Part shown: positions 1-11,846 of the stretch, piece after piece
Position numbering within the stretch: position 1 is the first letter of the stretch
How the letters are laid out: each line of letters begins with the position of its first letter
Source: Bilabrum cf. latius
Taxonomy: Eukaryota
Assembly: GCA_965178125.1 (NCBI GenBank)
Contig: OZ237737.1
Coordinates: forward strand, 1,426,001 to 1,490,000
Length of the DNA stretch: 64,000 nucleotides
Direction: 5' to 3'
The notes under the pieces: model-generated
Seen by the model: only the letters and a program-made list of their open reading frames with translations
The model's database searches: none
What the model was told of the DNA's origin: nothing
Made by a program: the position numbers and the translations under genes

Positions 1-1
1 C

Positions 2-3000
2 ACAAGTGGGAATTAGTCTGGCGACCGAGTCGGCCCGGGGTTTCGAATCGGATCGAGCGCCCGCAAGCCTGAGTACCTTCTTTCGGCAAGCATGCAGCTG
101 AAATCGAAGGCAGCTGGGGATGCTCGAAGTGCACTTCAGAAATTCCTCGGTGGAAAGCACCACAAAGGTGCTGCCAGACCGGCTGGAGCTAGCAAGTCTG
201 CACGGGCCCCAGATGCAGCAGCAGTACCATCAGTGTAGTCGTTCTTTGACCGAGGAGAGCGTGAGGCCGTAGAGCGCCTCTGGAAGAAGCAGAAGAAGGA
301 GATCATGGGCAAGCAAGAGGCAAAGATACTTGGAGCGCAGTACTCTACCGACATGCAAGCGCAGACCGGGCTGGACATCGCACGAATCGCAAGAATGCAG
401 GCCCTCGCGCAGCAAAGGGACGCAGCTGAGTCTACATGGATGGCCTTGCGAGGTCGCGGAGGTGGACACCGACGAGCAAGCCCTCGTGCTGCTAGCTACA
501 ACGCGAAAGGTTTCTCAGCGCTGTTGGCTGCCTCAAGTGCAGCCAGCGGCAGGATTCCTGGCGCCTTGCTCAGGCTCCAAGCCAGACGTGAGCAAGTTGA
601 TCGGAGTGCTCTCCTGGGCACTGAGCTGCGCAAGAGACTCTTGCAGTATTTTCATGAACGAGCTGCATGGCTTCCTCCAATTGTAGATGCTCGTAGATAG
701 AAGATTCGCAGAGACAAAGCCAACGACATCAGCCTTGTTGCAGATCGCGTATCTTTGCCATTGCTACCAATGCATCGCCTTCAGATGGTCCTTCTTCGTG
801 CTGGAGTGCGCACATCATCCTCTGAGCTTCGCATGGTCGTTGAGGACAGTGGTTTAGATCCGTCTTGGCTCGATGGTCCGAGCGGTAGTGTATCCAGCTC
901 ACGTTTCTCGAGGGCATCAAATTTGGCAAGGAGTCCCAGGGGCGGCGGTGAGCCCGACGAGCTGGCTGGGAGATCGATGGACCCCATTGAAAAGGCCGAA
1001 CTGGATACCATTCGATCCAGGGGATGGTATGCTAAAAAAGAGGCTAGGCTATCGGAAGAAGTAGCTCACAGCTCCCATGGGTCGGATCAGCAGCAGCTAG
1101 TCGGGATGCTAACTGCTAGCATGATGTTGTTGGTCGCCTCCAGGGCAAAGCACCTACGCTCTCGATTGGACAGAGCTCTTATGTCGGAAGCCCAGTTCGT
1201 TTGCGCCTGCCAGCACATAGGAGTCCATGGTTTGGTTGACGTTGACCGATAGAAGCGGCGAGAGCGTGCTCGGTAGAACTTCAGGAATGCGATGAAGAGG
1301 GTCCGTCTGCTGCTTGGAAACATTGATGCGCTTTCAAACTTGCTGGATAGATCGCCGCCCCCGCCCGACGCTGAGGTATCTTGCTGGCGCCTGGTCTTGT
1401 CCATCATGTTGTAGAGGTGCTATGCTGGAATGGCGTGCCTGTTTGACCCGGCAGTAGTCCGCCGACTTGGTCAGTCCGTCCCTTCGTTATGCAAGCGCTC
1501 CGAGTCAGCGAACCCGGCCGGGTTTTACCGCCACGAACGAAGAGCTCAGGACGTGACTGGCGTCGGTATAGTTCCGATGTCGGCTGTTCTCATTTGGCTG
1601 CGACACGCCAAACTGCAAAGCGTGAGTTCTTCCAGCGGGTCAAGGGTATGGACACGAGAGAATGTCGTCAGGCAGGCGAAGCATATCATGTCTGCTCGCT
1701 TTGGCGATCCTGGGCAGGCGCACTAGCCTGGCGGGCCAGGAGCGAGACCCACTGGCAGTGGCAGACCGACGCTCCGATTCGAAGTGGAGCTTGGCGGATT
1801 CGGGTTAGACATGTCAACTTCATTCGTTCCTTTCTCAGTTTTCCGCCACTTGATTGTGCGTCTGATCACAGATGAGTACGTGAAAGACCATGGATAGCGG
1901 GAACGCTTCCTGTTTCACGGTCGAGGACCTGTACCGCAGCCAATGAAGTGCTTGCTCGTATCGCTGCCGTGCCCTCCACTGTCTATGGTGCTCTGCGCCC
2001 GAGCAGCCCTTCTAAAGCAATTGTCAGATGTGCAGCACGGCGTGGAGGCCGACGGTCTTGAGTCGTATCCGAGGGACGGCCAAGTGGAGGAGGACGAGGC
2101 ACTGCTTGAAGCGACAACCCATGCAGAGGAAGTTTTGTATCGCACCGAAATTCGAAGCGTTGAGGTCGCTGATGGGCAACTAGACTCGCGCGCAGAAGAT
2201 ACAGCTCCACTGGACTGGACGGATGCTGAAGATACGACGTCGCGACGCAAACGGCGTCGGTAGCTGCAGCGGACCATTAAAGCTAGGCGGGCATCGTAGC
2301 AGCTGGAAAGGCTGCAGGCACGCGAATCTGCGATGAAACTAAACCAAGAGCAAAAAAACGTGTTGACTGGTATGGGGCCGAGAGCAGTCCTGCGTTGGTA
2401 CAAGAGATGGCTTGAGCAGGACTGGCCGTCATCTCCCGCGCTGCGAGACTGCCTGCACTCCCTCGGAGCGGACCTAGGGTCGGAGGTGTTCAAGAGGACG
2501 ATTGACACGCGAGTGGTTGTAGACAAGTTGCCAGGAGGCGGGGCCTCTGCAGTGAGCTCAACCGCGCACGGACGCACCGGCTCTGCTTCTCAGTTTGCTC
2601 AGCTCGGCGAGGACCAAGGGGACGGAACCGTGATCGTTCGGGTCCCAGATTGCGTGGCTATTGCAAAGCAACTGCCACAGACGAACCTAAAGGCGGCTTT
2701 CTTGCCAGCTACGGCATGTTTTGTGGGGAACGACGGGCTCAGTGTGCTTCGTCGCGGTCTTTTGGAGCGCAGGCCACCAACACCCCGCAAAGCGCCCGGG
2801 AGAACTCTCTACAGCAGAACACAAGCCCACATCACCACCGCACGGCGAGTTGAAGCGCACTCTGCATCATCACCGGCGGCACCAGCCGTCCTTCGAGACG
2901 ACGGCACGAAGCTAGAGGATCCAAGGGCAATGACTGCGAAGCAGAAGAGGAAGCACCTCCTTGATACCATCCGCAACCCTTCCAAACGAACGAAAGCTCT

Positions 3001-6000
3001 GTAGGCCACCGAGACTGCAACGGCTCTATCGGACCGAAGTGCGCGTGGAATGGGCTCTACTGATAGCCTTGCATCGCCTTTTGCTGGAACCGGCTCAGGT
3101 GGAGGACTGCCCCCTAGCATCTTCCGCAGTGGATCTTAGTCGCGCTCTTCTGCTGGAGTAGGCCCTGGTACACCTTCTCAATTTAAGCGAGGCGTGACAT
3201 TTAGAGCCCGCAGTGGGATTCATACGCTGCTGCAGGAGGCCAAAGAAGAGGAAGAATCTCGCTTGGCGCGAATGGTGTCTGCTGACAGCTCGACTGCGCA
3301 TGAGCGAAATAACGCGTCCCAAAAGAGCAGCAACTCCCTTCTTATCAGACCTCCTAGTGCAAGCAAACGTCTGGGGTCCTCTACCCCGAGGAGGCCCGGT
3401 AGAAAGCTGGCGCGCGCATCAGGGCATTCAGTGCTGCGCAAACGAATCGACAGGATTGCATCGACGAAGCAGCAGACAGCAGGGATGCGCGCACCGCAGT
3501 CTTCGTCGCAGTACCTCACACAATCGGACTCGCAGGCATCGGCATTCAATAGCGGTGATTCAGATCGTGTTGAGCCTGAAAAGTAGCTTGATGGACCCGT
3601 TGGGGAACCAGTCAAGCCCAGGGTTGTTCCCATTCCACCTACCCACCTTAACGGCATATCTCCATTCGCGAACCAAGTCCGTCGAATTGCGATGCGTCTA
3701 CGGACATCCTTCGTCGTCGTGGTCCCTCGTCGGTTTCAGGACGCAGAGAGGCAGGTGCTGAGCGCGTACCGGGGCTCCAGGGGCATCGATGCGGCGGAGT
3801 TGGTTCTGCAAGGCCCCAACAATGAGTCACAGCAAAGCGGTGGTCGTAGGTTGCGATCGATGCTGCTAGACAGAGACATCGAAGCCCTTGATGCAATTGC
3901 TGATGAATTCGTGTTGAAGGGACCGTCTAGGGAGTAGAGGGTCAATCGGCAGCTGGAGGTCGGCCGCAGTCGACGCGTGAGCATCACTAGCCTCGTATCG
4001 CCTACCAAGTCGCGAGCACTGCGACGCGCACTGGGTACTGGGACCGGGCCGGTTTTCCAAACGCCCAAGGGTAGTGCAGATGGAGACGATGCCAGGTCAT
4101 TCGGTGGTTCTTCTAGCCGTCCCCCGAGTCCTTCCAGTACATAGTCCAGGCCCGCGTCCCCCCTCTCGGATGGCTCATCATCAGACTCATCTGTTGCAGC
4201 ACGCAAGCGCCGCCTGCAGACGTCAACTGGCGACAATTCTGCTGACGAGTCAATCTCCGTCGCAGACCGCGTGATGCAGCAGCTTGGCAGAGCTGCCGCT
4301 ATGAGCCCTGCAAAGCGGCTCGGAAGACGACGCAGCCGACTGGTACGGCAGCGATCGGTGAAGATGATGGAGGTGCCTGGGCAGTCCAAGGCGCAGCGCC
4401 GCGCCTCCATCTCGGCCTAGTCGCTGAGGAATCCCCTGCGAACTTCGACCTTTGCAAACTCTAGACGGCCAGCTTCGATGGAACACCGTCGATCATCGTT
4501 GCCCGACGAGCACGAACGGCCTGGTCACTTGCCGGCCGTATCGTTTGGTGTCAGAGCTAGGAACGTGATGGTGGCTCGAAGGGCTTCGATTCTTGAGGCG
4601 GCTGCTGCCCAGTCCAGAGCTGATTCCCTAAGAGAGCAGACGGCTGGGTCGTCGCCGGGGCCCGTGCCTGGCGACCCGACTCGCAGCACAGCCCGGCAGC
4701 ACAAATATGGCACGCCTGCCCTTCCACCTCCCCAGCTAGCCATGCTTAGTTTTGATGCGCCGCCTGCAGTCACGGTGCTTAGGCCAGACAGCCCAGTGGC
4801 AGGCGGCAAGATGACGATTCCTCGATTGCGTACGTTTAGAGGTGCAAGCATGCTTGCAGCCATGGAGCTCGATAGCCAAGTCAAGAAGGAGTTCTCTGCC
4901 AGCGCGGAGTCTTTTGAGCAGTAGAGGAAGCAGTCGGTCTCGGCAGCGTTGCGGCACGGTGACATCAGCCTCCTCCGCATCAGGAATTCCCAGCAGACGG
5001 CTCAGTCGAAGATCAAGCAACAGTGGGCCTGGCTGTTCCGTGGTATGCTACCAGCTTGGCGAATTAACGAAGGAGGTGACTCATTCTCTGCGAAAGCCTT
5101 ACAGACTCGCCTCGCGCATATCCGAGCAAAGGACGTGATACCCGCTGAAGCAATTCACTCGCGAGCTTCGGCTGCATCTGTTGCGAATGCACGCGCGTCA
5201 TAGGCCGGTCCTGGTTTCTTTCCGTCAGCGAGCGTCGACTATGCTGGTGGGATTGACCCGATTGAAGGGCCCGTGCGTGAGGTGGCCATGCAAGGCAACG
5301 CTCAGCGAGCCAGCCCAAGCAGAGGTTCTGATATGATGTCGTCGAGTGGCTCTGCCACCGGTAGAGCACGGAGCGACATATCCTGGGGCAAGCTGGCGCG
5401 CGAGGCTGTGCGTGCGTTACCAGGGAATGCCGTTGCGGCCCAGGTGGCACGAGTTGCTTAGCAATGGAATCGTGCTGGCCGCCCTTCGAGCTCGCACTCG
5501 AGACACTCGCATTTATCGCGCGGGAGCGCGGCCCGCGAAGCCATACGAATCACCAGAAGGTAGATGGTGAGTACAGCGCAGGAGGACTTCAAGAAGGGTG
5601 AGGCAGCGGCGCTCCAGGCCGTCCTGCAGAGATCCAGAGCCGTCAATCGAGCAGCCGGGGGCGGCTCGTCTCTGGCTGGCATGCAAGGCGCAATCCCAGC
5701 ATTAACCGTCGATGCTCCAAAATCTGCCATTGACCCTGACGAAGCTGAAGTTGCGACTCGAGCAAGGTCTGTCAGTATTCTAGGGGCTGCAGATGGCAGT
5801 GCCCACAGCGACAAGGACGAGCAGTCCGAGTCGGTGCCCGTCGTCTACGCTGACCGCGCGGAGGTACGAGCCCTGCGCACCAGGCCGATTGACCAGCTCC
5901 AAGTGCGCGAGGCGATCCGATTGCGAGACAATGGACAAAAATAGCGTAGGTTTGGGCACTCTAACGGAGAGGCTTCGCCAACTGGCATGTTCACGCCGAG

Positions 6001-6829
6001 CTCTGCGACGTCCAGCCCGCTACGCGCATCCCGAAGGCTGATGCAGCCGAGTCGCGCTTCGAACGAGGTGGCCGGCACCGAGGCAAGTTCTAGGCGAGAT
6101 TAGGGCGAGTTACAGGGAGCGGGATCTGTCAAGTACCATGATACTGTATCGTTCCATTCCCAGTCCAACGGCTCGGCCACAGAGCCGATCCATCCCCTTC
6201 TTGCGGCAATGAGCAAGAGCAAGAGCATACCAAAGAGCAGCCTAGGGCTCTAGCGAGAGCAGGAAGTGCGGCGAGAAATCGGTAGTGTCACAAGGGACTT
6301 ACCGGTGCGTGGCAATGCGGAACGAGAGAATAGGAAAGTGCAGCCGCGGGAGAGTAGACCTACTACTACTGGGATGGACGCAGCGCCCGCCTCACTGCCA
6401 AAGTGGCCACCGCGTGGATCGTTCGATCCTGGCCGCTCTCCCTCTCGGGGGGTTGCATCGCCAGTAACGAGGCGCAGCATTGCGGTGCAGAGAGCCGAAG
6501 CGCAGGCCGAGGAGGCCAGACTTTTCTTGGGGATGGCACCACGGATGGCACCACGCCTGGAAGCAGGGCATCTGGGTGGTACGCAGTCGGGCGGATTTGC
6601 GCCGGCTTTCCTATCGCCAAAAGCTGACAGCCAAGTGAAAAATCTCGCTCAAGCCCCCGGAGTGCTTCTTCGCAGTTCCAAAGGACCTGGAACGGCCGTG
6701 AAAGGCCTTCGCCCGCCGCCTGGATTGGGATCGGCGGCTCAGGCAGAGGCACCTGACGACGATGACCTGGACACGCTGCTCGCGGAGGCAGGGCAACTTC
6801 GCGCAGCGATGGATGATTCAAGCGTTTGA
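2..6829 (+). CDS. Large hypothetical, Ser/Arg/Ala-rich, largely disordered protein (~2,250 aa). First ATG at 92; the frame is open to the window edge, so it may be 5'-truncated
   Basis: ORF fragments starting at 305, 755, 1430, 1943, 2333, 3194, 3692, 4478, 4949, 5273, 5564 and 6266 are all in the same frame. Reading the gaps by hand shows only in-frame TAG (about 22) and no TAA/TGA until TGA at 6827-6829. Confidence 0.8.
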
Positions 6830-6956
6830 GACGCACGTAGGCTACTCGGCTTGGTATACCCCAGGCTCGTTTGGACCCTCTTCGGAGCACTTTTCTTATC
6901 CGGATAGAATACGTGTCCCCACTTCAACGGTCATTCTTCGGCCTGTTTTGATCACA

Positions 6957-8401
6957 ATGGCAGCGGCAAGCAAGGAAATGGTTCGTGTTGGACTCATGGG
7001 CACAGCTGGTATCGCAACCAAGAACTTTTTTGCCGTGTTGGCTTCGGAATCGTGTCAATTCCTAGTGAGATCTTTGCGCTTCATCTCCAATTCTCTGTAT
7101 TTAAACAGTGAGGCTCTGCTTAAGCTTCAGTGGCTGAATATGAAAAAATGTTATCGCAGGGAGTTGCCAGTAGGAACTTAGGACGAGCCAAAGAATGGGC
7201 AGCCCAGCACGCGAGCCAAGCAGTTGCAGAAGGCTACCCAATCGAAGCTGACAAGATCCGCTGCTACGGGAGCTACGACGACTTGCTAGCAGACAGTGAC
7301 ATTGATGTAGTTTACTGCCCGCTTCCAACTGCGCTGCACGACGAGTGGGCCGTCAAGGTTGCCGAAGCAGGCAAGGGGTTGCTCGTCGAGAAGCCAGTGG
7401 CGCTGAGTGGTCCGTCGTGGGAACGCATCTTTGCGGAGTTTCGGAAGCGGTGCCTTCCCATCATGGACGGAGTCATGTTCATGCACCATGAGCGCCTTGG
7501 GGAACTGAAGGCCACCATGGAGGCCGCTCAGGCCGACGGTGGTCTAGACAGCGGCGCAACGCGAGTATCCAGCGGCTTCTCCTTCCCAGCCGACGACGAA
7601 TGGCTAGCCACCAACATAAGGACCGACCCCTCCCTCGACGCCCTGGGTGCTCTTGGCGATCTCGGGTGGTACCAGGCCCGCTTCGCCCTATGGGCGTTTG
7701 GATGGGACCCGCCGGCCAGGGTCCGAGCGGTGTGCATGCGGCACGTAGAGCGCGGCAGCAGCGGCGGGGACGAGGCGTCTGGCGCTTCCGCTGCGAGTGG
7801 TGGGGCAGGGTCTGGTTCAGATGCATCCAGGCCTTGGATAGTGACAGCTGGCTCCCTTCCCGACTCTGGCGCGGTACCCACCGATTTGTCCTGCTCCCTC
7901 GAGTGGTCGGATGGCAGAGCAGCCACCTTCGACTGCAGCTTCCACCACGTGTTCAGGCAGTGGACGGAGGTGGCGGGGAAGGCCGGGTCTGTGACCATGG
8001 ACGATTTTGTGATTGCCCGCGGGCCTGCGGGGGTGGATCTCACAGTGCGGCGGGAGGCGTCCCCTGTCAAAGACCACCGGGAAGTCGAGGCCGAGACGGT
8101 GACCACCACGGCGGGCGCGGGCTGCATCCAGGAGGCGCGTATGTTCGACGCGATGGCTGGGCTGGTGCGGGCTTGTCGGCTCTCCAGGGACGTAGCAGAT
8201 GGTAAGGAGGTCCCTGACGCGGACTGGCCGGCAGCGTTCTGGGCGGAGGCAAGCCTGGCGACGCAGCAGGTGATGGATGCCGCCATGGTCTCAATGCGGG
8301 CTGGAGGGGCGCCTCAGGATCTCTCTGGGATGAAGCGGCCGACGAGTCCATCGGAAGTGGCAGGCAGCTGGTCTTGGCTGATGGGACCTAAGCAGGCATG
8401 A
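6957..8401 (+). CDS. Gfo/Idh/MocA-family NAD(P)-dependent oxidoreductase (2 exons: 6957-7064, 7160-8401)
   Basis: Rossmann start VRVGLMGTAGIA spliced to GVASR. Motifs YGSYDDLLADSDIDVVYCPLPTALH, LLVEKP, MDGVMFMHH and GALGDLGWY. Ends TGA. No internal TAG. Confidence 0.93.
7065..7159 (+). other. Spliceosomal intron (95 nt, GTGAG...CGCAG)
   Basis: AT-rich segment. Removal joins CQFL to GVASR and restores the reading frame of the oxidoreductase. Confidence 0.88.
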
Positions 8402-8848
8402 TCTCGACCGACGCTTGCCTGGTGGGCTATTCGCGGATAGATCTATTTCCACGACAGGTCAAACCGGAATGCGGCGCGGTTCCGGTTCCGCGAGAGACTC
8501 TCTCGCCGACACTGACACTTTGCAAGGGATTCAGCAAATACAACCTAAGTATACCTACAGTTATCCAGATAAATTATTATCAGTCACTGACGCATAGCTG
8601 TTCTAGGAGTTGAACGTGAGGCAGATTTCGTTTTTGGATTTCAATCCATTCGACTTTGCAAATGCACAAGTCGTACCTCAAGTCAAGTTCCATGTGCTAG
8701 ATAACAGTTGCTGATGATGTGTATTGATCAGCTCTGTGCCGGGTGTTGACTCGCTGGATACTAGTAGGCTCAGCAGGGATCGCCGCACCGCCGCATCGCA
8801 TCGTCCAGACATGGCTTTCCGAACTATCGCAGCTGCACTTTCACAACA

Positions 8849-9841
8849 ATGGCAGCAGTTGCGGCTTCTGCTGCAGTATTGCCGAGTGCCTCTCGCACAT
8901 CCTCCGCAAAGGAACAGCTCGAATCGTACCCTGTTGATCAGGTGTCTGATTTCCCTGCTCTTGAAGAAACGCTTGGCCTGGCGTTTGCAAAGTACCCCAT
9001 ACTCAAATTTATCTTTCAAGGTATCAAAAACGACTCGGAACGAGCGGAAGCGGCAGGCTGGACTCTCGTTCAAGACGCTCAAAACGCTTTCAAATCTGCA
9101 CGCGTGTACACAGACCCAGCAGACCCAGAGAAGAAAGCTGCGTTTGTATGTGTTGGTCAGTACCCTGGAGAGGGAGGCAAAAAGCAGGCCTCAATATGCA
9201 GCATGCTCTGCGGTTCGATGCTTTCATTCCCGTTCGCATACGGGATAGCGGCAACGATGCGTGGCATTGAGGTGGAGGAGTACCACGAAGCTGGCATACA
9301 AGAAATATGGGGTGGAGAAAAGAACATGTTCTACCTTGGTTTGATTGGCACACACCCCAGATGGCAAGGAAAGGGCGTCGGCACCCGTGCTATGCGTAGT
9401 GTGTTACGAGAATTCCAAGACACAGTGCCGGCTGGAGAGGAATGCGTGGTGACATTGATCACGCACCTTGAGCGAAACGTCGGGTGGTACAGCCGGCTGG
9501 GATTCAAAGTAGTTCGCAGGGACGTATTCAAGGAACCGAGCGGGGAGGGCGATGACGCCTTTAGCGGGATCACAGCGTGGTTCATGGAGCAGCGCTTCAC
9601 TACTGCAGCAAGCGACACCGCTGGCAGCGAAACCAGAGGTGGAAGAACTACCGCCATCGCTAAGGGTGATGACACGAGTGCTAGCGGGGGAAGCTTTGCT
9701 GGGGTCACCACGGGGGTCGCAAGCGAAGTGGTCTCGGAGCGTGGTGATAGAGGGAGAGGGGAGGCGCCTCAAGCACCCGTTGCCGCGGACGAGATGGGCG
9801 CTGGGCCTGGAGCTGCAGCAACGGGCCGAAAACCTGAATAA
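8849..9841 (+). CDS. GNAT-family acetyltransferase with low-complexity C-terminal tail
   Basis: Acetyl-CoA motif A FYLGLIGTHPRWQGKGVGT and motif B NVGWYSRLGF. Start context cacaacaATGG resembles that of the 6957 gene. Ends TAA. Confidence 0.88.
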   Translation: MAAVAASAAVLPSASRTSSAKEQLESYPVDQVSDFPALEETLGLAFAKYPILKFIFQGIKNDSERAEAAGWTLVQDAQNAFKSARVYTDPADPEKKAAFVCVGQYPGEGGKKQASICSMLCGSMLSFPFAYGIAATMRGIEVEEYHEAGIQEIWGGEKNMFYLGLIGTHPRWQGKGVGTRAMRSVLREFQDTVPAGEECVVTLITHLERNVGWYSRLGFKVVRRDVFKEPSGEGDDAFSGITAWFMEQRFTTAASDTAGSETRGGRTTAIAKGDDTSASGGSFAGVTTGVASEVVSERGDRGRGEAPQAPVAADEMGAGPGAAATGRKPE

Positions 9842-9904
9842 GACATAATTGATCGCACCAGCATCTCTTACGCTCCAGATTGTTTTAAAATTTGCACCGC
9901 TAAA

Positions 9905-11611
9905 TCACGTAAAGTACGTCCATAGGGGCATGCTAAGTGGCCTCCAAGGCGACTCCGCAACCCTGGCCAGCCCCGGTGCCCTCCCAGCCTTGTCCTCCTT
10001 AGAGGCCGCTGCTGCATGCGCCACGAAATCCCCTTCAAACCACCGCACCATCCACGATGGGGAGCTTGGCCAGCTGTTTAGCAGACAGGGCGACACGGCT
10101 GCAACCTTCTGTCTGAACTTCCGACGCCGTAGGTGATACTGGAGGATGCCCTGCTCGCCCGGTAACCCGCTCGCGCGATCCACATCGTTCCAGGCGGCCT
10201 GCAGCATCCGCCGAATCGTCGAGCCCTCCCCTCCTCTCGCCAGTAGCACGCCCCCATTCCTGGCTTTTCCGGCATGCCGAGGCTCCTCCAGCGCCGCAGC
10301 CAGGTCAAACCCAGGCTGCTTTGGCGAGAGATTGCGGGATAGCGGTTGGCCCCGCCACAGCCTCGCGCCCCAGTCGACAGATGCCCGGCGCGCAGCCTCC
10401 ATAGCAGACGGTTGATAGTCATAATTGCTGTCAGCATATCCTGCCATCAAGTTGGACTGGTGCTAGGCGGCCGCTTCTGGAATGATGCGCGACACCACGT
10501 CCAGGTCTACATTGGTGCTGAAGGCGTCCGCGTCCACCCAGAGGACCCAGTCGTAGGCGCAGCTCAAGGCGTGCAGCATGACCAGCTTGGCCCAGTGCGG
10601 CTTGCGAGGGTGCACTGCACGAGCTCTGCGCACCGCCTCCCAGCCCAGCCCATGGGGCAGGTCCCACTCGCGCCACGACTCACTCCCGAACACGTGCCTC
10701 CCCAGCAGCACATCGCACTGCCACCTCCTGCAGTACCGCTCCCATGTGGAGACGGCGAGTCGGGAGGTGGAGTCCACCATGGAATTGTTGCCCTCCCAAT
10801 GCGTGACCACGGCGAGGGTGGGCCTATGACCCGCCCGGCCCGGGTGAGCTAGCCCGGTGTTCCGATGGCGTGGCTGGCCACCTTGAAGGTGAGCATGCGG
10901 ACCAAGGTGCAGATGCGGTTTCTCCCCTGACAGAAACCAGTGGCATTCACTGGCACCTCTACGCGCAGCTGAGTCGTTCACGGCACTGGCAGTTCTGCTT
11001 GGTTCCGCTGGGAGTGGCACCGACAGGTGGGCACTGGAGCTGGCAGCGCTGGTCGCAGCGCTCGTGCTCGCCCATGCACCGGCCTGCCACCAGGCCGGGG
11101 GTGGCCGTAATAGCATCCCTCCTCCCGCGCCGCAGCCAGGACGGATGAGTCTGCCTATGATCGATATTCGAAACACGCTGCCAACTGCAATCATCAACCA
11201 TACGACCACCAAACATAATCTGAGTGCAGATGCGATCGTGCCACACAAACTTCGTTCGTTTGCCCGTAAGGACGGCTTCCGACGCACTGGGGTTCTTAGA
11301 CCGTCAATTGTTTCATTTCGCTTAGCTGGCGTTACAGTGGAAGCATGCTTTCCCTTGCTTGGTCGATCTCTGCACAACAAATGCCTCGCATCGATCACAA
11401 GCCAGGCAACTGCTAATCCAAACCGGATAAATGACCACAGCTGGTGCATCCACGTACTCCCACCGCGACTGCTGAAACAGAAAGTTGGGCATGCAAAGAC
11501 TTGCGGGGCAATTTGTGCCGAATGCAATAAAATATGGCCGAAAGAACCGAGCACAAACGCCGACACACGAGCATAGTAGGCTACAGGACCACCACAGCTA
11601 GGCGCATCCAT
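9905..11611 (-). CDS. Membrane-anchored glycosyltransferase, GT34/MNN10-like
   Basis: ORFs 10463-11611 and 9905-10450 are in frame and joined through TAG 10463-10465. N-terminal hydrophobic helices, HWAKLVML, and YDWVLWVDADA (DxD motif). Ends TGA. Exact start and introns uncertain. Confidence 0.7.
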
Positions 11612-11846
11612 TCAAATTCAATTAAATTTCGACACTGCTGCACCAATCCAGCATACCGATCGTAAAGGATACGACATCAACCGGCAGTATTTTGAATTGC
11701 GTATCCGAATTGTTCACTCATCACACTTTTCGTACCGGTCGCGAAAGCGCGAAACGTCTTTATGGCCGCATAATTTCCCACACGAACGATCCTTGACGCA
11801 TTGGTTCATGTCATAGCGACATGGTATCGAAAATACATTAGCAAGC

